Positions 1-13,382 are shown, counted from the stretch's first letter. The stretch: 64,000 bases of DNA from Malacoraja senta (GCA_038087875.1 CM075988.1:16060001-16124000); one strand, 5' to 3'. Translations and numbers: made by a program. The notes: generated from the letters alone by a model not told the origin.

Positions 1-978
1 TAATGGATAAATCCCCAGGGCCTGAGCAAGTGTATCCTCAGACATTGAAGGAAGCAAGGGAATAAATTGCAGGTACCCTGGCAGAGATTATTGGCTTCAG
101 CCACTCTCTTCCTACTCTTGGTAGGACCACTACGAATAAAAATGGGTCGAAACCCAAAATATCGCCTGTCCATTCTCTCCAGAGCTCCTGACACACAGGG
201 TAACTCCAGTACTTTGTGTTTCATTCACGATTCCAGCACTTGCAGTTCCTTGTGTCTATCCACGCATCCATCTGGCACCAAAAGCTTTGCTGCCGTCACC
301 TTTGTAATTGCAGAAATAATTCTGCAATCCTCAAACCGCCATACACTGATAAACTGAGCCCTCTTGCAACAATCTCCACCAAATAACAACAACCACAACT
401 GGTCCTTATGGTAGGCCTGGCATAACTTGAACCACTGAATCATGAGATTGCCCAATGTAAGCACAATGACAACAATTAACAATCAGTGCTCATTTACTGC
501 CTATCTGCAACATTGAGATGTAAATAGTCAGAATGGGATCATCGTAATAATAGACATCACCGAGACAGTACACAAAGAGTCGCCACATTTCTGGTGCCTA
601 CAAAGTTTCAAAGTTCTTAAGAGTGCAGTCTTATCTTGCCCTTAAAGGCCTATTGTCCTGGCGGCACCAATCCTCTCCTCCATCCGCCACCATCTTGACA
701 ACGGTCCTTTGTCCAGCGCCCACTGCTGTCGTGGCAGAGGAAGAAAATATTTAATAGGGATGTCAATTATTAAGATTGTTGATGGATTAAGCAAGTTAAA
801 CTAGTTTACATGGATAACCAGAGAGCATAAGGTTAACATAATTGGTATAACAAAACGAGAAGTTTTTATTTTGAGTAGTTATGATCTGCAAGTAATGGTA
901 ATAGTCCTTGGCATTAACGAGAACAATGCTACTAAACAAGCAATCACCTTGACAGTGTAGTGCAAGAAAAACAAATTT

Positions 979-1302
979 GGGGCGGCACAGTGGCGCAGCG
1001 GTAGAGTTGCTGCCTACAGGGCTTCAGTGCCAGAGACCCGGGTTTGATCCTGAATATGGGTGCTGTCTGTATGGAGTTTGTACGTTCTCCCCGTGACCGC
1101 ATGGGTTTTCTCCGAGATCTTCGGTTTCCTCACGCACTCCAAAGACGTACAGGTTTGGAGGTTAATTGGCTTGGTATAAATGTAAATTGTCCCTAGTGTG
1201 TGCAGGATAGTGTTAATGTGCGGGGATCGCTGGTCGGTGCAGACTCGGTGGGGCATAGGGCCTGTTTCCATGCTCTATCTCTAAACTAAAACTCAACTAA
1301 AA
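979..1302 (+). mobile_element. tRNA-derived V-SINE (HE1-like)
   Basis: A-box TGGCGCAGCGG, B-box-like GGTTTGATCC, V-domain GGAGTTTGTACGTTCTCCCCGTG, (CTAAA)n tail; many copies in the window. Confidence 0.85.
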
Positions 1303-2779
1303 TTTGATATACGAAGGGGAAATTTTGTGGAGGTTTGCGGGAAAGAAGGGGCATTTACTTCAGGCTTTTTCATTAAACACGATAAGGAATGATGGGCCAA
1401 ATGGTCTTTATAGGAAAGGTTCCTCCACCTTCTTTACATTCCCATATCAGTATTTCCAAACACACATGAATCGTCTTCCATTCTCCCCACATGACCTACT
1501 GGCCTAATACTGGCCACACCCTTTGCAACAAATGTAGGCACTTTGCCTTCAGGGAGTGACCTATCACAACTGCTCCATCACAGGCTTGAGCTGCTGTCTA
1601 CTGGGATTGCTCGGGTTTCTGCTGCTGTGGCAAAATGCTGGTACATGGAAGCAACAGCTGATGTGAAGTGTCATGTTGTAACTGCAGGGAACACATGGTG
1701 CAATCATATTCATCTTTCAGTCAAGTGTTTTATTAAGGTTAACAGAGCAGTGAAGGGTGGGTTCAGCTCTGTGGTTTAACTGGGGATGTTCCCAGTTTTT
1801 CAGTTTTTCAGGAAGTGCCGTTTGTTAGTTTTGGTCTTAGCAGCATAGTGATTTTTCTTATGAGGAATGTGTTCTCTGCTGTGCCAGGAAGTTTGTGGTG
1901 GCAGCTCCTCGAGAAAGGTATATACTCATGCAGAGAAATATAACCTCAGTGAAGCTGAACTCCAAATTAGTGCGTGCCCTGGGAAAGTTTGATGGGAAAG
2001 TGTTAAAGGAGTTGATCCCTGTATCTAATCTGTGCAGTAACGCCCCACAAGCTTGTTAGAATAGTGGTGCAGTGCAAGCTTTATTCATGAGTCCATGATG
2101 TAAACTTCGGATGAGAGAAGAGGCAATTGTCCAGTTTTTGAAACAAACCACAAGTCCAATGTATTACAGCAGACATTTTCTGATCTAGTTAATTCCCTGG
2201 CGTGAGTCATGCATGAAAGCCCATGAGGGGAGATAAAGTATCAACAAACCTAACCATCGGCCAACAAAATGAGATAGACTTTAAAAAACAAATAAAGGAT
2301 TCCATTCTATCTTTGTCCCGCCCCCTCCCCTGGCATCTGTCTGAAGAAGGGTCTCGACCCGAAACGTCACCCATTCCTTCTCTCCAGAGATGCTGTCTGA
2401 CCCGCTGAGTTACTCCAGCATTTTGTGTTTACCTAAAGGATTACAGTGCTGAGTGAGGTCACTAAATTAAGTTTTAAAAGCTGGAATATTGCACAAAAAA
2501 GACAGGGAGGGGTAAGGCTTTTCAGTCGTGAATGGAACAGGGAATATAACCACATTTTATCCAGCAAGGAAGCAAAGAAGTAAAAACGTCTGTTGGATAA
2601 GTTCGAAGCTGAAAAGAATTAAAGAGTTCATCGGTAAAAATCGCCCCAATCTCCGATAACTGCTGTCCCTTCCACCATAGCCACGACTCCATCATGACCC
2701 AATTGCCCCTCTTCTCATCATTCCCTTTAACCTCCTTTACCCATTTACGCCTGTTTCTCAGTAGGTTACCCTTTACAGC

Positions 2780-3520
2780 TTTAGACTTTGGGGATACAGC
2801 GTGGAAACAGGCCCTTTGGCCCACCGAGTCCGCACCGACCAGCGATCACTCCATACACTAGCACAGGGGTGGGGAACCTGTTCAGGTCGGAATGCCGCAT
2901 TAAGTTAGCTGTAATCTATTAATGCCGCATCCAAGAAACTTCAATTAGATACACTTCAAAATGTTGTTAAAATAGCCTCATGACTTGCTAATGTTTTAAT
3001 TGTGGCCGTCAGTCGGGGAGGATTATTTCGTCGAATCTTTTACTCTTTAGTATTTTAAATACGTTCATTTTAAGATTAAAATAAAAATAATAAAAGACGA
3101 ACAAAAATATATGAATAAAAATAAAAGGATTTGTTCTACAAAATTTGGATTCATTCAAAAGGCCGCACTTAATGACCTGAAGGCCGCAGGTTCCCCACCC
3201 CTGCACTAGCACTATCCGATTACAATTTACAGAAGCCAATTAACCTATAAACCTGCATGACTTTAGGATGTCAGAGGAAACCAGAACACCCGGAGAAAAC
3301 CCACGCAGTCACGGGGAGAACGTGCAAACTCCATATAGATAGCACCCGTATTCAGGTAGATAAAACATGCTGGAGAAACTCAGAGGGTGAGGCAGCTTTT
3401 ATGGAGAGAAGGAATAGGCGACGTTTTGGGTCGAGACCCTTCTTCAGACCCGTAGTCAGGATCAAATTCGGGTCTCTGGCGCTGTAAAGCAGCAACTCTA
3501 TCGCTGCGCCACCGTGCCTC
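2780..3520 (-). mobile_element. V-SINE interrupted by a hAT MITE and a Penelope-derived insert
   Basis: reverse complement of the 979-1302 SINE, split at 2864-3203 and 3357-3447. Confidence 0.8.
2864..3203. mobile_element. Non-autonomous hAT (Charlie-like) MITE, 340 bp
   Basis: perfect 17-bp TIR CAGGGGTGGGGAACCTG; 8-bp TSD CACTAGCA at 2856-2863 and 3204-3211. Confidence 0.92.
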
Positions 3521-4039
3521 CACCTTTCCCATTCTTAGTAACTTCTCCTTTTTCTGGTAATGCCATTATACTTTTTTCAGCCCATTTTCTTATCTAATGT
3601 GATCTGGTTAGTTGTGTTCAGTGCCTTCACCAGATGCTGCCTTGTTGCTCACTGCCTCTCGCAGGGTTGGTGAAAATGAGGTCTAAGGCCAATACTAAAT
3701 AAATTCTGAACAAGAAATGCTCCAGAAATGTGACATAAATCTTCTGGGCTCTACGTTAGTTATTATGATGTACATTCTGGATAATGCAGTTGCAGACAAT
3801 GAAGGGGTAACATTTCAAAAGAAAGAAAAGCTTTCATATATATGATTCTTTTTAGCAACCGTTGATATGAATCAAACCGTTTTTTCAACAAGCGAAGCAT
3901 ATTTTTAAAATGCAAACGCTATTCTAATAGAAAATATACTTATAACTCGCAGGGACCACAGAAGCAGTGAGGTCCTCTGATAGAGTGATGTTGATTGTGG
4001 GATAACAATGATTACGGTGGAGTTTCCTTCATTTCCTTT

Positions 4040-4477
4040 GACTGGGCTTATATTCACTGGAATTTAGAAGGATGAGAGGGAATCTTATAGAAACATATAA
4101 AATTCTTAAGGGTTTGGACAGGCTAAATGCAGGAAAAATGTACCCGATGTGGGGGAAGTCCAGAACCAGGGGTCACAGATTGAGAATAAGGGGTAGGCCA
4201 TTTAGGACTGAGATGAGGAAAAACATTTTCACCCCGAGAGTTGTGAATCTGTGGAATTCTCTGCCACAGATGGCAGCGGAGGCCAATTCACTGGATGGAT
4301 TCAAGAGAGAGTTAGATATAGCTCTGAGGGCTAACGGAAGCAAGGGATATGGGGAGAAAACAGGAACGGGGTACTAATTTTGAATGATCAGCCATGATCA
4401 TATTGAATAGCGGTGCTGGCTTGAAGGGTCGAATGGCCTACTCCTGCACCTATTTTCTATGTTTCTATGTTTCTATT
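4040..4477 (+). mobile_element. CR1 LINE 3' fragment
   Basis: RMRGNLIETYKI...RVVNLWNSLP C-terminus, (TTTCTATG)n tail. Confidence 0.9.
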
Positions 4478-5699
4478 TTGATTTCAATGAGTTTATGACA
4501 AGCCATTGGGTTAAAATCCGGGTTAAAATCTTGGTTTTTCTTTGTGTTGCCATGTGGTTTTAATAGCTCCAGACTGCTGCACATTCCCAGAATACCTGAG
4601 CTTTACAGTCTGGGATAAGGTGACGGGCAGATCATCAGTTTATAAGCAGCCACAAATCTCCCTGAACTGCACCATTAGCCCTGGGATGAGCTCTTCATTA
4701 AAAAGCGGTATCTTTGAGGGATAATACCCACATTCCTGAAGCCTTGAAATATTTCGCAACATGTTTTGAGTATCGCTAAGATTAATTGTTTTTCTGATAG
4801 AGGCTTGGAGATTGCAGGGGGAAGGAGCCAAAGAGACACAATAAGTCTTCCAGAAATCGCATTTGTCACAAGCCAAATGGAGTGACTCATCTTGTACTTT
4901 TAATTAAAGTTAAGATGCAAACTTTCCAGATTTACCCTGGATCCCCTGGGATCACATGAAGATTAATGGGGGTTCCGAGTCTTTGGCAATCCCCAGTCAT
5001 TGCAGACACAAAAGTTCCTGATCATGCCAGCGGTTCGAAAGCAAGGGTCTGTGGATTTAAATAATTGGTAGAGACATCCACGGAGGTCTACACATGATTT
5101 ACATGCCACACAAACATATCGTTGGCAAGCACTAGTGAGGAGACAGAGGTAGGTGTTCTGACTTGGTGATCCCTGATAGGGGAGGTGTGGTCATGGCATG
5201 ATGGGTGGAGAGAACGAGGCTGTAACTGGAGATACTGAGAATTATTTTGAGAGACACCAATGCTGCAGAGATTTCAATTACTTTTCTGCAGTTTTGCCTT
5301 AGCAGGCTGAGATGGCGTTACATTGAATTTTTAACTCAATTAAATTGTTAGCTGTATTTATTGAGTGGAAATTGAGGCTTGGGATCATTCCTGTGTAAAC
5401 TGTGGTGGGGTGGGGGAGAGGCTGTGCAGGAGAAAGTTAGGTGACAATCAAGGTTCAGAACAAACATGGGAAACATCTCAAATGCTACAGCAAAAAACAA
5501 TGAGCTTAGTGGATCAGGCAGCATCTGTGGAGGAAATGGACAGACGAGATTGTGGATCAGAATCGTTCTTCAGAATGAAGAAGGGAGCCACGACCTGATA
5601 GTGTGTTTGTCCATTCCCTCCACTGATGCTGCCTGACCCACCGAGTTCCTCCAGCACTTTGGTATTTTTTGCTCAGGATTCCAGCCTCTGCAGTGCATC

Positions 5700-5915
5700 T
5701 TGGTGACCAATGACGACTTTGAGTCCACACTTCAGGGCGCACAGAAGCTTAGTGCAAATGATAAAAGGGCGCACCACCTCATAAAGTACCCACCTACTCG
5801 CTTGCCCCATCTGCCGAAGAGTCTCTAGTTCCCATATTGGGCTTATTGGCCACCTCAGCTACAAAACTGAAGGCCGGTCGTCCTCAATCCACAGGGACTG
5901 CCTAAGAAGTAGAAG
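5700..5915 (+). mobile_element. Degenerate RTE-like LINE 3' end
   Basis: CPICRRV..SHIGLIGHL C2H2-like terminus followed by a short AAG-rich tail. Confidence 0.5.
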
Positions 5916-6645
5916 ATTCTGAAGGAGCAGGTACTGCTGTGGAAGGGTCAGCAGAGGGTGGGTAAAATCTACCTGTCAACTCTTCTCAATTTGGAGATAC
6001 CAAACAATTGCATTTCCACCTCCTCGTCCTTGGTGAAATAAGCAACATTTCTTGATCTACTCCTGACTGAAATGCTTCACACTTTCAACCCTCTTCCAAG
6101 ATGCTTGGCTTGAACAGAATTTGGCTTTGGAAAGAAATGAAAGGAAATTCTCAAATGTTCTCCAGAGGATTTGGATTTAAAGGTTACATTTAAATGCATG
6201 GTTGAAATCGCCCTTTACACAGATGAGTAGCGTGCAGTAATATAATTTTGATGCTGATCTGAGACCACATCTTCCTTTGCAAAATGGTTCTGGCAGCCCT
6301 GATGGTTCATTGCTTAATTTGTAGTTTGGCGGATATGTTTCTGTGGGACAAAGCCTGCATCTCGCGAGAAAGAACTTACTAACTACGTTGCATGTACAGC
6401 ACAGGCCGAACAGCTTGTGTTATGAATCTCTTCCTGTCCCTCTTCAGCTAACAATATCAACATATTTAATTCCTTTCGCATGTATTCATTTAGCTTTTCC
6501 TCAGGTACCTATGGTTTGCACCTCAACTGTTCCTCTGGTTACAGGTTTTTAAATGTGATCACTGGTCTGATATATAACATAAATGGTTATCCAGGTGGGT
6601 CGAGGTTATTCATTGTATCTGTTCTGAATCACTGTTTGGCATATG

Positions 6646-6955
6646 AGCGGCACAGTGGCGCAGCGGTAGAGTTGCTGCCTTACAGTGCTTCCAGCGCCGG
6701 AGACCCGGGTTCGATCCTGACTACAGGTGCTGCCTGTACGGAGTTTGTACGTTCTCCCCATGACCAGCGTGGGTTTTCTCTGAGATCTTTGGGTTCCATC
6801 CATACTCCAAAGACATTCAGGTTTGAAGGTTAACTGGCTTAGTATAAATGTAAATTGTCCCTTGTGTGGATAGGATTGTAGTAATGTGCAGGGATCACGA
6901 CTCGATGGGCAAAAGGGCCTGTTTTTGTGCTGTATCTCTAAACGAAACTAAACTA
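6646..6955 (+). mobile_element. V-SINE copy
   Basis: same head, V-domain and tail as 979-1302. Confidence 0.85.
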
Positions 6956-7578
6956 ATCAGAGTCCCTCACTGTTACCACATGCTTCTCAATTTGTTATTA
7001 ATTGTTTTTAACTATCTTCCGATGTGTGATTTTAATGTATTAAATGTACAAATATATTCTGATATTTTTAGTATTTGAAACAATATTTTTATAATCCAAA
7101 ATGCTTCAAGTTTACTGTATGTATTTGATTCAGCATTGATGAAGGATTCAGTAGCCCAGACAATAGTGACTGTTCTGAGAGCTAATTGATCTATGCTTCA
7201 CCCATCCACCCTGAAATGCTCGGAGTCAGGCAGCTTATGGAAGGAAGTCTGCACCAGGACCAGGCTGAAACAAATGGTGTCGTCTGGTGCATGCATATTT
7301 GGATCAGTGAAATATCTGCCCCATTAAGTCTTCTCATTTGCTGGCCAATTTCTTATTTGAAAATGTCAGCAAAGCTGATCAAACCTGGCATTGCCTCAAT
7401 AAATCTGTGCTATTGTCTGTTCTGTTTCATTCGTGACAAAGGTTTTTGCATTGTGTTTATTACCAAAGTTACCTGTGTTTTTTCTAAAGTTACCTGTTGG
7501 TTTTTTTCTATAGTTCCCCGGCTTTTATTAACTGCACGATAATTGAGAATTGCCATTACGTCTCTGCTTCTCTTTCAG

Positions 7579-7701
7579 AAAGCTGTGCCTGGGATGAGTT
7601 TCTGTGCGATGGGGGCCGATGTCTTTTTGCCAGTTTTAATTGCAATAATTTCTACGATTGCTTAGACGAGAGCGATGAGGTGAATTGTGCTCAGCATCAT
7701 G
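7579..7701 (+). CDS. MFRP: MFRP coding exon, LDL-receptor class A repeat 1 (phase 1-1); upstream TM/CUB1 exons not identified in window
   Basis: tttcag acceptor, gtaact donor; encodes SCAWDEFLCDGGRCLFASFNCNNFYDCLDESDEVNCAQHH (6 Cys, DxSDE); resembles human MFRP SCAHDEFRCD...DGSDETNC. Confidence 0.92.
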
Positions 7702-7834
7702 GTAACTATCGTTCTCCTCGTTAAACCGCATCGTCTGATATAAATCTCTACAGAGGGCATGGTAGATATTCAAACACTGGTGTCGGAAAAATGTCAATTA
7801 CAAGGCCACTAAAATACTGTGATCATCCTGCCTA

Positions 7835-8160
7835 AAATGTTCCCGATATTGGGGGAGTCCAGAACCAGGGGCCACAGTTCAAGAATAAGGGGTAAGCCAT
7901 TTAGAACGGAGATGAGGAAACTCTTTTTCACACAGAGAGTTGTGAGTGTGGAATTCTCTGCCTCAGAGGGCGGTGGAGGCCGGTTAGCTAGATACATTCA
8001 AGAGAGAGCTTGATAGGGCTCTTAAAGATAGTGGAGTCAGGGGCTATGGGGAGAAGGTAGGAACGGGGTACTGATTGGGGATGATCAGCCATGATCACAT
8101 TGAATGGCGGTGCTGGCTCGAAGGGCCAAATGGCCTACTCCTGCACCTATTGTGTATTGT
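7835..8160 (+). mobile_element. CR1 LINE 3' fragment
   Basis: MFPILGESRTRGH...FFTQRVV; TATTGT tail. Confidence 0.88.
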
Positions 8161-8361
8161 CAAAAACTGCTTGATTAGATTAATGTTGGCACAGAATATA
8201 TCATGAATGATGCAAAATGGATGCTTTTCAACATTACGGGTTCCTCAATGTAACTGTGCTGAATCACAGGGTGAGGGTTACTGGTTGTTTCCATGTAGTC
8301 TGGATTCATTCATGGCCAGTTATGGCCTCTATAACTATATGGAATCACTGAATTAAATAGT

Positions 8362-8875
8362 CAAGAGTCAAGAGTGTTTTATTGTCATGTGTCCCAGATA
8401 GGACAATGAAATTCTTGCTTGCTGCAGCACAACAGAATAAGTAAACATAGTTCATAATGGGAGAAGAAAAAAAAGTTCAGTCTGTAGAAACACACATGCA
8501 CATGTTCTCAATCTCAATAAATATCAAATAATAATGATAGTCTGTTGCAGTTCAGAGCTTATTTGTTGTTGTGTTTAATAGCCTGATGGGTGTAGGGAAG
8601 AAGCTGTTCCTGAACCTGGACGTTACAGTTTTCAGGCTCCTTCTTCTCGATGGCCATGGTGAGCTGAGTGTGTGGCCAGGACGGTGTAGGTCTTTGATGA
8701 TGTTGGCTGCCCTTTTGAGGCAGTGACTACGATAGATCCCTTCGATGGTGGGGAGGTCAAAGCCGGTGATGGACTGGGCAGTGGTCACAACTTTTTGCAG
8801 TCTTTTCCGCTCCTGGAAGTTCAAGTTGCCGAACCAGGCCACGATGCAATCAGTCAGTATGCTCTCTACTGTACA
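8362..8875 (-). mobile_element. Rex1/Babar-like LINE 3' fragment
   Basis: WFGNL...RKRLQKVVTTAQSITG...IIKD..HPGH...RFRNSFFP..IRLLN; CTTGA-type tail. Confidence 0.75.
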
Positions 8876-9304
8876 AAGTCATTTTTATGCAGACTGTGTA
8901 TAAACTACAGAGCTTTATCAAGTTCCACTTAACCAAGAAAGAGAAAGAGATATTTTCCACTGATGTTCTTGTACCCACTGAGACAGTTCTCCCCATAACC
9001 TCCGTCTAACACATTCTGTTTCTAATTAATGTATGAGCACAGAATAGAGATACACATTACTTATCCATGTGTGTTCGAGGATGTGGTCCCTCACTGGAAC
9101 TCTTGGTTTTGTTATGAGACAACAATTATAATAAGATAGGAAATAGAAATGCCAGACTGGGAACAGAATTTTCATAATCATATGAGGCTGATTCAGGATA
9201 GATTAAATGTAAATTCCACCAGTCAAACAAAATGCAACAAAAGGTTGAAGTACTGACGGTCTAAAGAAACCAATTTCTTTAATTTCATGTATCCAAAGTT
9301 GCAG

Positions 9305-9615
9305 CTCATAAGTTCATAAGTGATAGGACCAGAATTAGGCCATTTGGCCCATCAAGTCTACTCCGTCATTCAATCATGGCTGATCTATCTCTCAATCCTT
9401 ACTCCATTCTATCTATCTCTGCCTTAAAAATATCCATTGACTTGGCCTCCGCAGCCATCTGTGGCAGTGAATTCCACAGCTTCACCACCCTCTGACTAAA
9501 GAAATTCCTCCTCAATTCCTTCCTAAAGGAACGTCCTTTAATTCTGAGGCTATGACCTCTGGTCCTAGACTCTCCCACTAGTGGAAACACCCTCTCCACA
9601 TCCACTCTATCCAGC
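9305..9615 (-). mobile_element. CR1 LINE 3' fragment
   Basis: FPLVGESRTRGHSLRIKG...WNSLPQ ORF on the minus strand. Confidence 0.85.
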
Positions 9616-9721
9616 TCATTTTAAATATAAAAACAATTTCTCACTATATAAAACCATGATAAGTGATTCTGAGGGTTATGTAATTGATCATTTATTCACA
9701 GTGTCCCATTGATTTGTTTAG

Positions 9722-9798
9722 ATTGCGGAGGGGTTCTGACTGCTTCGGAAGGTTCTCTGGCCACTCCCAAGCACCCTGAGCAATATCCACACAGACAG
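9722..9798 (+). CDS. MFRP: MFRP coding exon, start of CUB2 (phase 1-0)
   Basis: tttag acceptor, gtatgt donor; DCGGVLTASEGSLATPKHPEQYPHRQ, in frame with the previous exon. Confidence 0.92.
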
Positions 9799-9969
9799 GT
9801 ATGTAACCAAGTCATACATTAACTCACATCCACCTTACTGATCCTTCAGCTGAAAATATCACAGCATTCCCTCAGATAAGCAGTTCCTCAGATCGAAGAT
9901 GATTTGTTTCCAATCCAGAATCTGAGCCCACGATGCTCATATGGGAGCTGCAGATTCTTCCACAGGTGA

Positions 9970-10061
9970 TAGACACAAAAAGCTGGAGTAACTCAGCGGG
10001 ACAGGCAGCATCTCTGGAGAGAAGGAATGGGTGACGTTTTGGGTCGAGACTCTTCTTCAGA
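9970..10061 (-). mobile_element. Penelope-derived mini-element with hammerhead-like core
   Basis: flanked by near-perfect duplication CTTCCACAG(G/A)TGA. Confidence 0.75.
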
Positions 10062-12943
10062 CTTCCACAGATGAGTCAGGAGATGGTGGGTGGATGGATA
10101 GTTAATGAGGTGGTGTGCTCCTTCCACAGCTCACACAGGTTTGGTGTGCTTCTGAGGCCTTGAGGTTCTCAATACCATCCCGAATGGGGCCACAAGATCT
10201 GGGAGCCCATCGCTGAAAGCAAATGTTCAGGAGTAGCAAGCAGTTTGGAATCAGGTGCAAGGATGTCTTTGTGAAGCTGCCAGGCTTTGGTGAGACCCTT
10301 GGTGTTCATTGTCCATCTCTTCATCTCAGAAGGAACAGTTTTGCAATGCAGGAGGTGCCACAAATTTTACTCGACTGTTTGCCCTGCTTGGCAAGAGTGA
10401 TATACAAGGCAATATTGATTCAGTTAGGCTTATTTACTGGAGTGGAGAAGAAAGAGAGTGGATCTCAGGAAAATAAGCAAAACTGTAGCAGACTAGACAG
10501 GTTAGAGATATCAAGGATGGTAGTGGTAATATTTCATTTCTTCAAGGAAACTTTCAACATATCCTTGAATTATTTTATTCTGTCTGTCTGATGGAGATAG
10601 GAGTAGAGTCTAGAGTGAGGCATGAGGCCTGCCCATTGTAGTGCACTAAGTGTTCCCAGAGCATCAGTGCTGTAGATGTTGGCCTGGGAGCGTTTGCTGG
10701 CATGGGTTTGCCAGTCTTTCCAGGAAATTTGGAGGATTTTGCAGGGACACCTTTAGTGATTCCCCCCTCCAATTCCTTGCGACATCTGCTGTAGGTAGAT
10801 CAGCTGTCATACAGTAAGCACACTGGAGGACAGGGGTTACAGTGGCCTGGTAAACCTTTATGGCAGGTCTGTTGTCTTCATCAGTTGACTAAAAGCTGTG
10901 CCAGGATATTGAAGGTGACAAATTTCATCATCAATACCTTAGTTTATTGCCATGTGTACCAAGGAACAGTGAAAAGCTTTTGTTGTGTGCTAACTAGTCA
11001 ACGGAAGGACTATATATGATTACAATCGAGCCACCCACAGTGTACAGATACATGATAAAGGGAATAACATTTAATGCAAGATAAAGTCCAATAAAGTCCA
11101 ATTAAGGATAATCATGTTATGCTCTCAGTGGAAGGTGGATTCCAAAATGTGTTTTTCATAATCTTGTTGTAGACCCTTTGTTATTGGAAGGCAGGGTGGT
11201 GTAGCAGAGGTAGATTGGTAAAGGACCTTTGCCTCATCGATGTTGTGTGTTGAGGCCCAGATTGAAGATTGATTCTGGGGTAATGTGGCCTGCATAACTT
11301 TATTACAAGTTGTCTTTAAGAACTGAGCTTTGATGGAGCAGGCACGAGGCGTTAGACAGAAGCAAATTCTTCATAACAAACTAAGGCAATTTGTCATATG
11401 GAGTATGCTACTTAAACAATCTCCAGATGTTCATGTGTGTGTGCTTAATGTACTGTTTGGTCTAGTATGTGTGTGGTTGGGATAGTGCTTCTCCTTCTGG
11501 TAAACTGATTTTTGACTAACTGGAAAGATAAAAATAATTTGATTTCCTCTCTGCCCAAAGGTTTTGCTGCTTCATTCTTTGTACCCATCCATTTAATTTT
11601 CATCTGAGTTAATCCTCCTCTTCTGAAGACACTAATTCTTTTCGGAGCTAAGTTTAAAGGTTGTAAGCAAAACGCAGCCACTGTGTGGACCTGGTTGTGA
11701 GTGTTGATAGGCTATTTAAATATGATTTCAAAGTTTACAATGGAATGCTTTATTCCCAGAGATACTTTAGACTAACTTTGGACAAGAAATGTACTGCCTA
11801 AATCATCAACCAAAAGATATTGGGGCAATTATACTACAGAAAACAGAATTAGCTCAACCCAGCCCAAAGATTGAACCAGGATGGCACTTAGCACTGCATT
11901 GTGGGAATGATTTCCTAGATTACAGGTTAAACGTATCAGTCCCTCAAATAAGTATAATAGATCACTCTAGTATTTTGAAGACATTTTAAAACATTTGAAG
12001 AGCATTTTGAAGAAATGTTGAACATTTGAAGAGCAGCTGTGATTGTGGGAGGAGGGGTGGTGGATAGGATGAGGTTCAATTGGTAATCTGCCAATATCAA
12101 CAACTAGATTGACATCATTAAGTGATCTCATTGCTGTTTTGCAGGATCTTGTGTACAAATGTGTTGCTACATGTCCTACATCACAACAGTAATAATACTT
12201 CAGAAGTATTTCATTGGCTGTGAAGTGCTTTATGTTGTCCTGAAGTCCATAATAGTGCTATATATATATAGTGGGGCCTGTGATTCTCTAATAATTTGCT
12301 GAGGTGCATTAAATTATTGTCGCGCAGCATGCCAACAATGGTTTTAACTGAGAGCTTGCTGCTTGCAAATTCAGTAGCCGTCAGATGCAAGACATCAGGT
12401 GCAACTGAATAAATGTGCCTGATGCCCTTGCACTTTGAAACGGGTAACCAAATAAGTATGTGGTTGTAGCTCGGTCCAGGATGTTGCAGACAAGAGAGGC
12501 ACATAGTTGTGGGGGAGGTCATTGACAGATGTAGGAGTCTGGCTGAGGATCAACTGTGAGCAGTTATGTGCATGAGTTGGGTGTTGGAATACACCCTGAA
12601 GTCAGGATTTATGGATGTCATTGTGGCAGTGATTGTGCTGCTGAGCTACTCTTGGTCATGGACATCGATGTCCACTACCCAGGGGATGGGTGTTTAAAAG
12701 GCATAGGTGAAGTAGATGGATTTTCAGTGAACCAGGTGGAGTTTAAAAACAATCCCGTACTTTAGTTCTCACCATCACTAAGACTTAATTTTTCAAAGCC
12801 AGTAATGAGATTTGAACTCCCATCTCTGGAGTACTGGTCCTATGATTGTACATGACAACATGCAATCTAATTTTCAGTGTAAGATATCTTTCCACCCTAC
12901 CTTGGCAATCCACACGATCAAATATTTGATGATTCAGCAGAGT

Positions 12944-13255
12944 GGGTGGCACAGTGGGGTAGTGGTAGAGTTGCTGCCTTACAGCGCCAGAGACCCAGGT
13001 TCGATCCTGACTATGGGTGCTTGCTGTACGGAGTTTGTACTTTCTTCTGGTGACCTGCGTGGGTTTTCTCTGAGATCTTCGGTGTCATCCCACCCTCCAA
13101 TGATGGTACAGGTTGTAGGTTAATTGGCTTGGTATAAATGTAAATTGTCCCTAGTGTGTGCAGGATAGTGTTAGTGTGTGGGGATCGCTGTTTGGTGTGG
13201 ACTCGATGGGCCGAAGGGCCTGTTTCCACGCTATGTCTCTAAACTAAACTAAACT
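12944..13255 (+). mobile_element. V-SINE copy
   Basis: tRNA head, V-domain, (CTAAA)n tail. Confidence 0.85.
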
Positions 13256-13382
13256 AGACAGCACATCCCTTTCTAAGCGTAGTGATGACTTGAATTGCAT
13301 CAAAGTAACATTCAACGTTAATTGATGGTTTAGCCCTAAATACTACCAAGCTTGTTAATTGTTCTGTTTTATCAATGTACAG

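Noticed and set aside
979..1060. tRNA-like sequence
   Set aside because: It is the tRNA-derived head of a multi-copy SINE, not a tRNA gene
2330..2435. Recurring short repeats as a CRISPR-like array
   Set aside because: Eukaryotic DNA; the copies are dispersed retroelement fragments with TSDs, not spacer-separated repeats
6338..6425. FCGTKP-like motif as a possible CUB1 end exon
   Set aside because: No acceptor, sequence diverges from CUB and stops soon after
7464..7510. Short tandem duplication AAAGTTACCTGT...TTTTTTCTA
   Set aside because: Simple intronic slippage duplication with no evidence of function
7186..7542. 118-aa ORF with YASPIHPE resembling a CUB start
   Set aside because: No CUB Cys/Trp pattern and no suitable splice sites; intronic ORF
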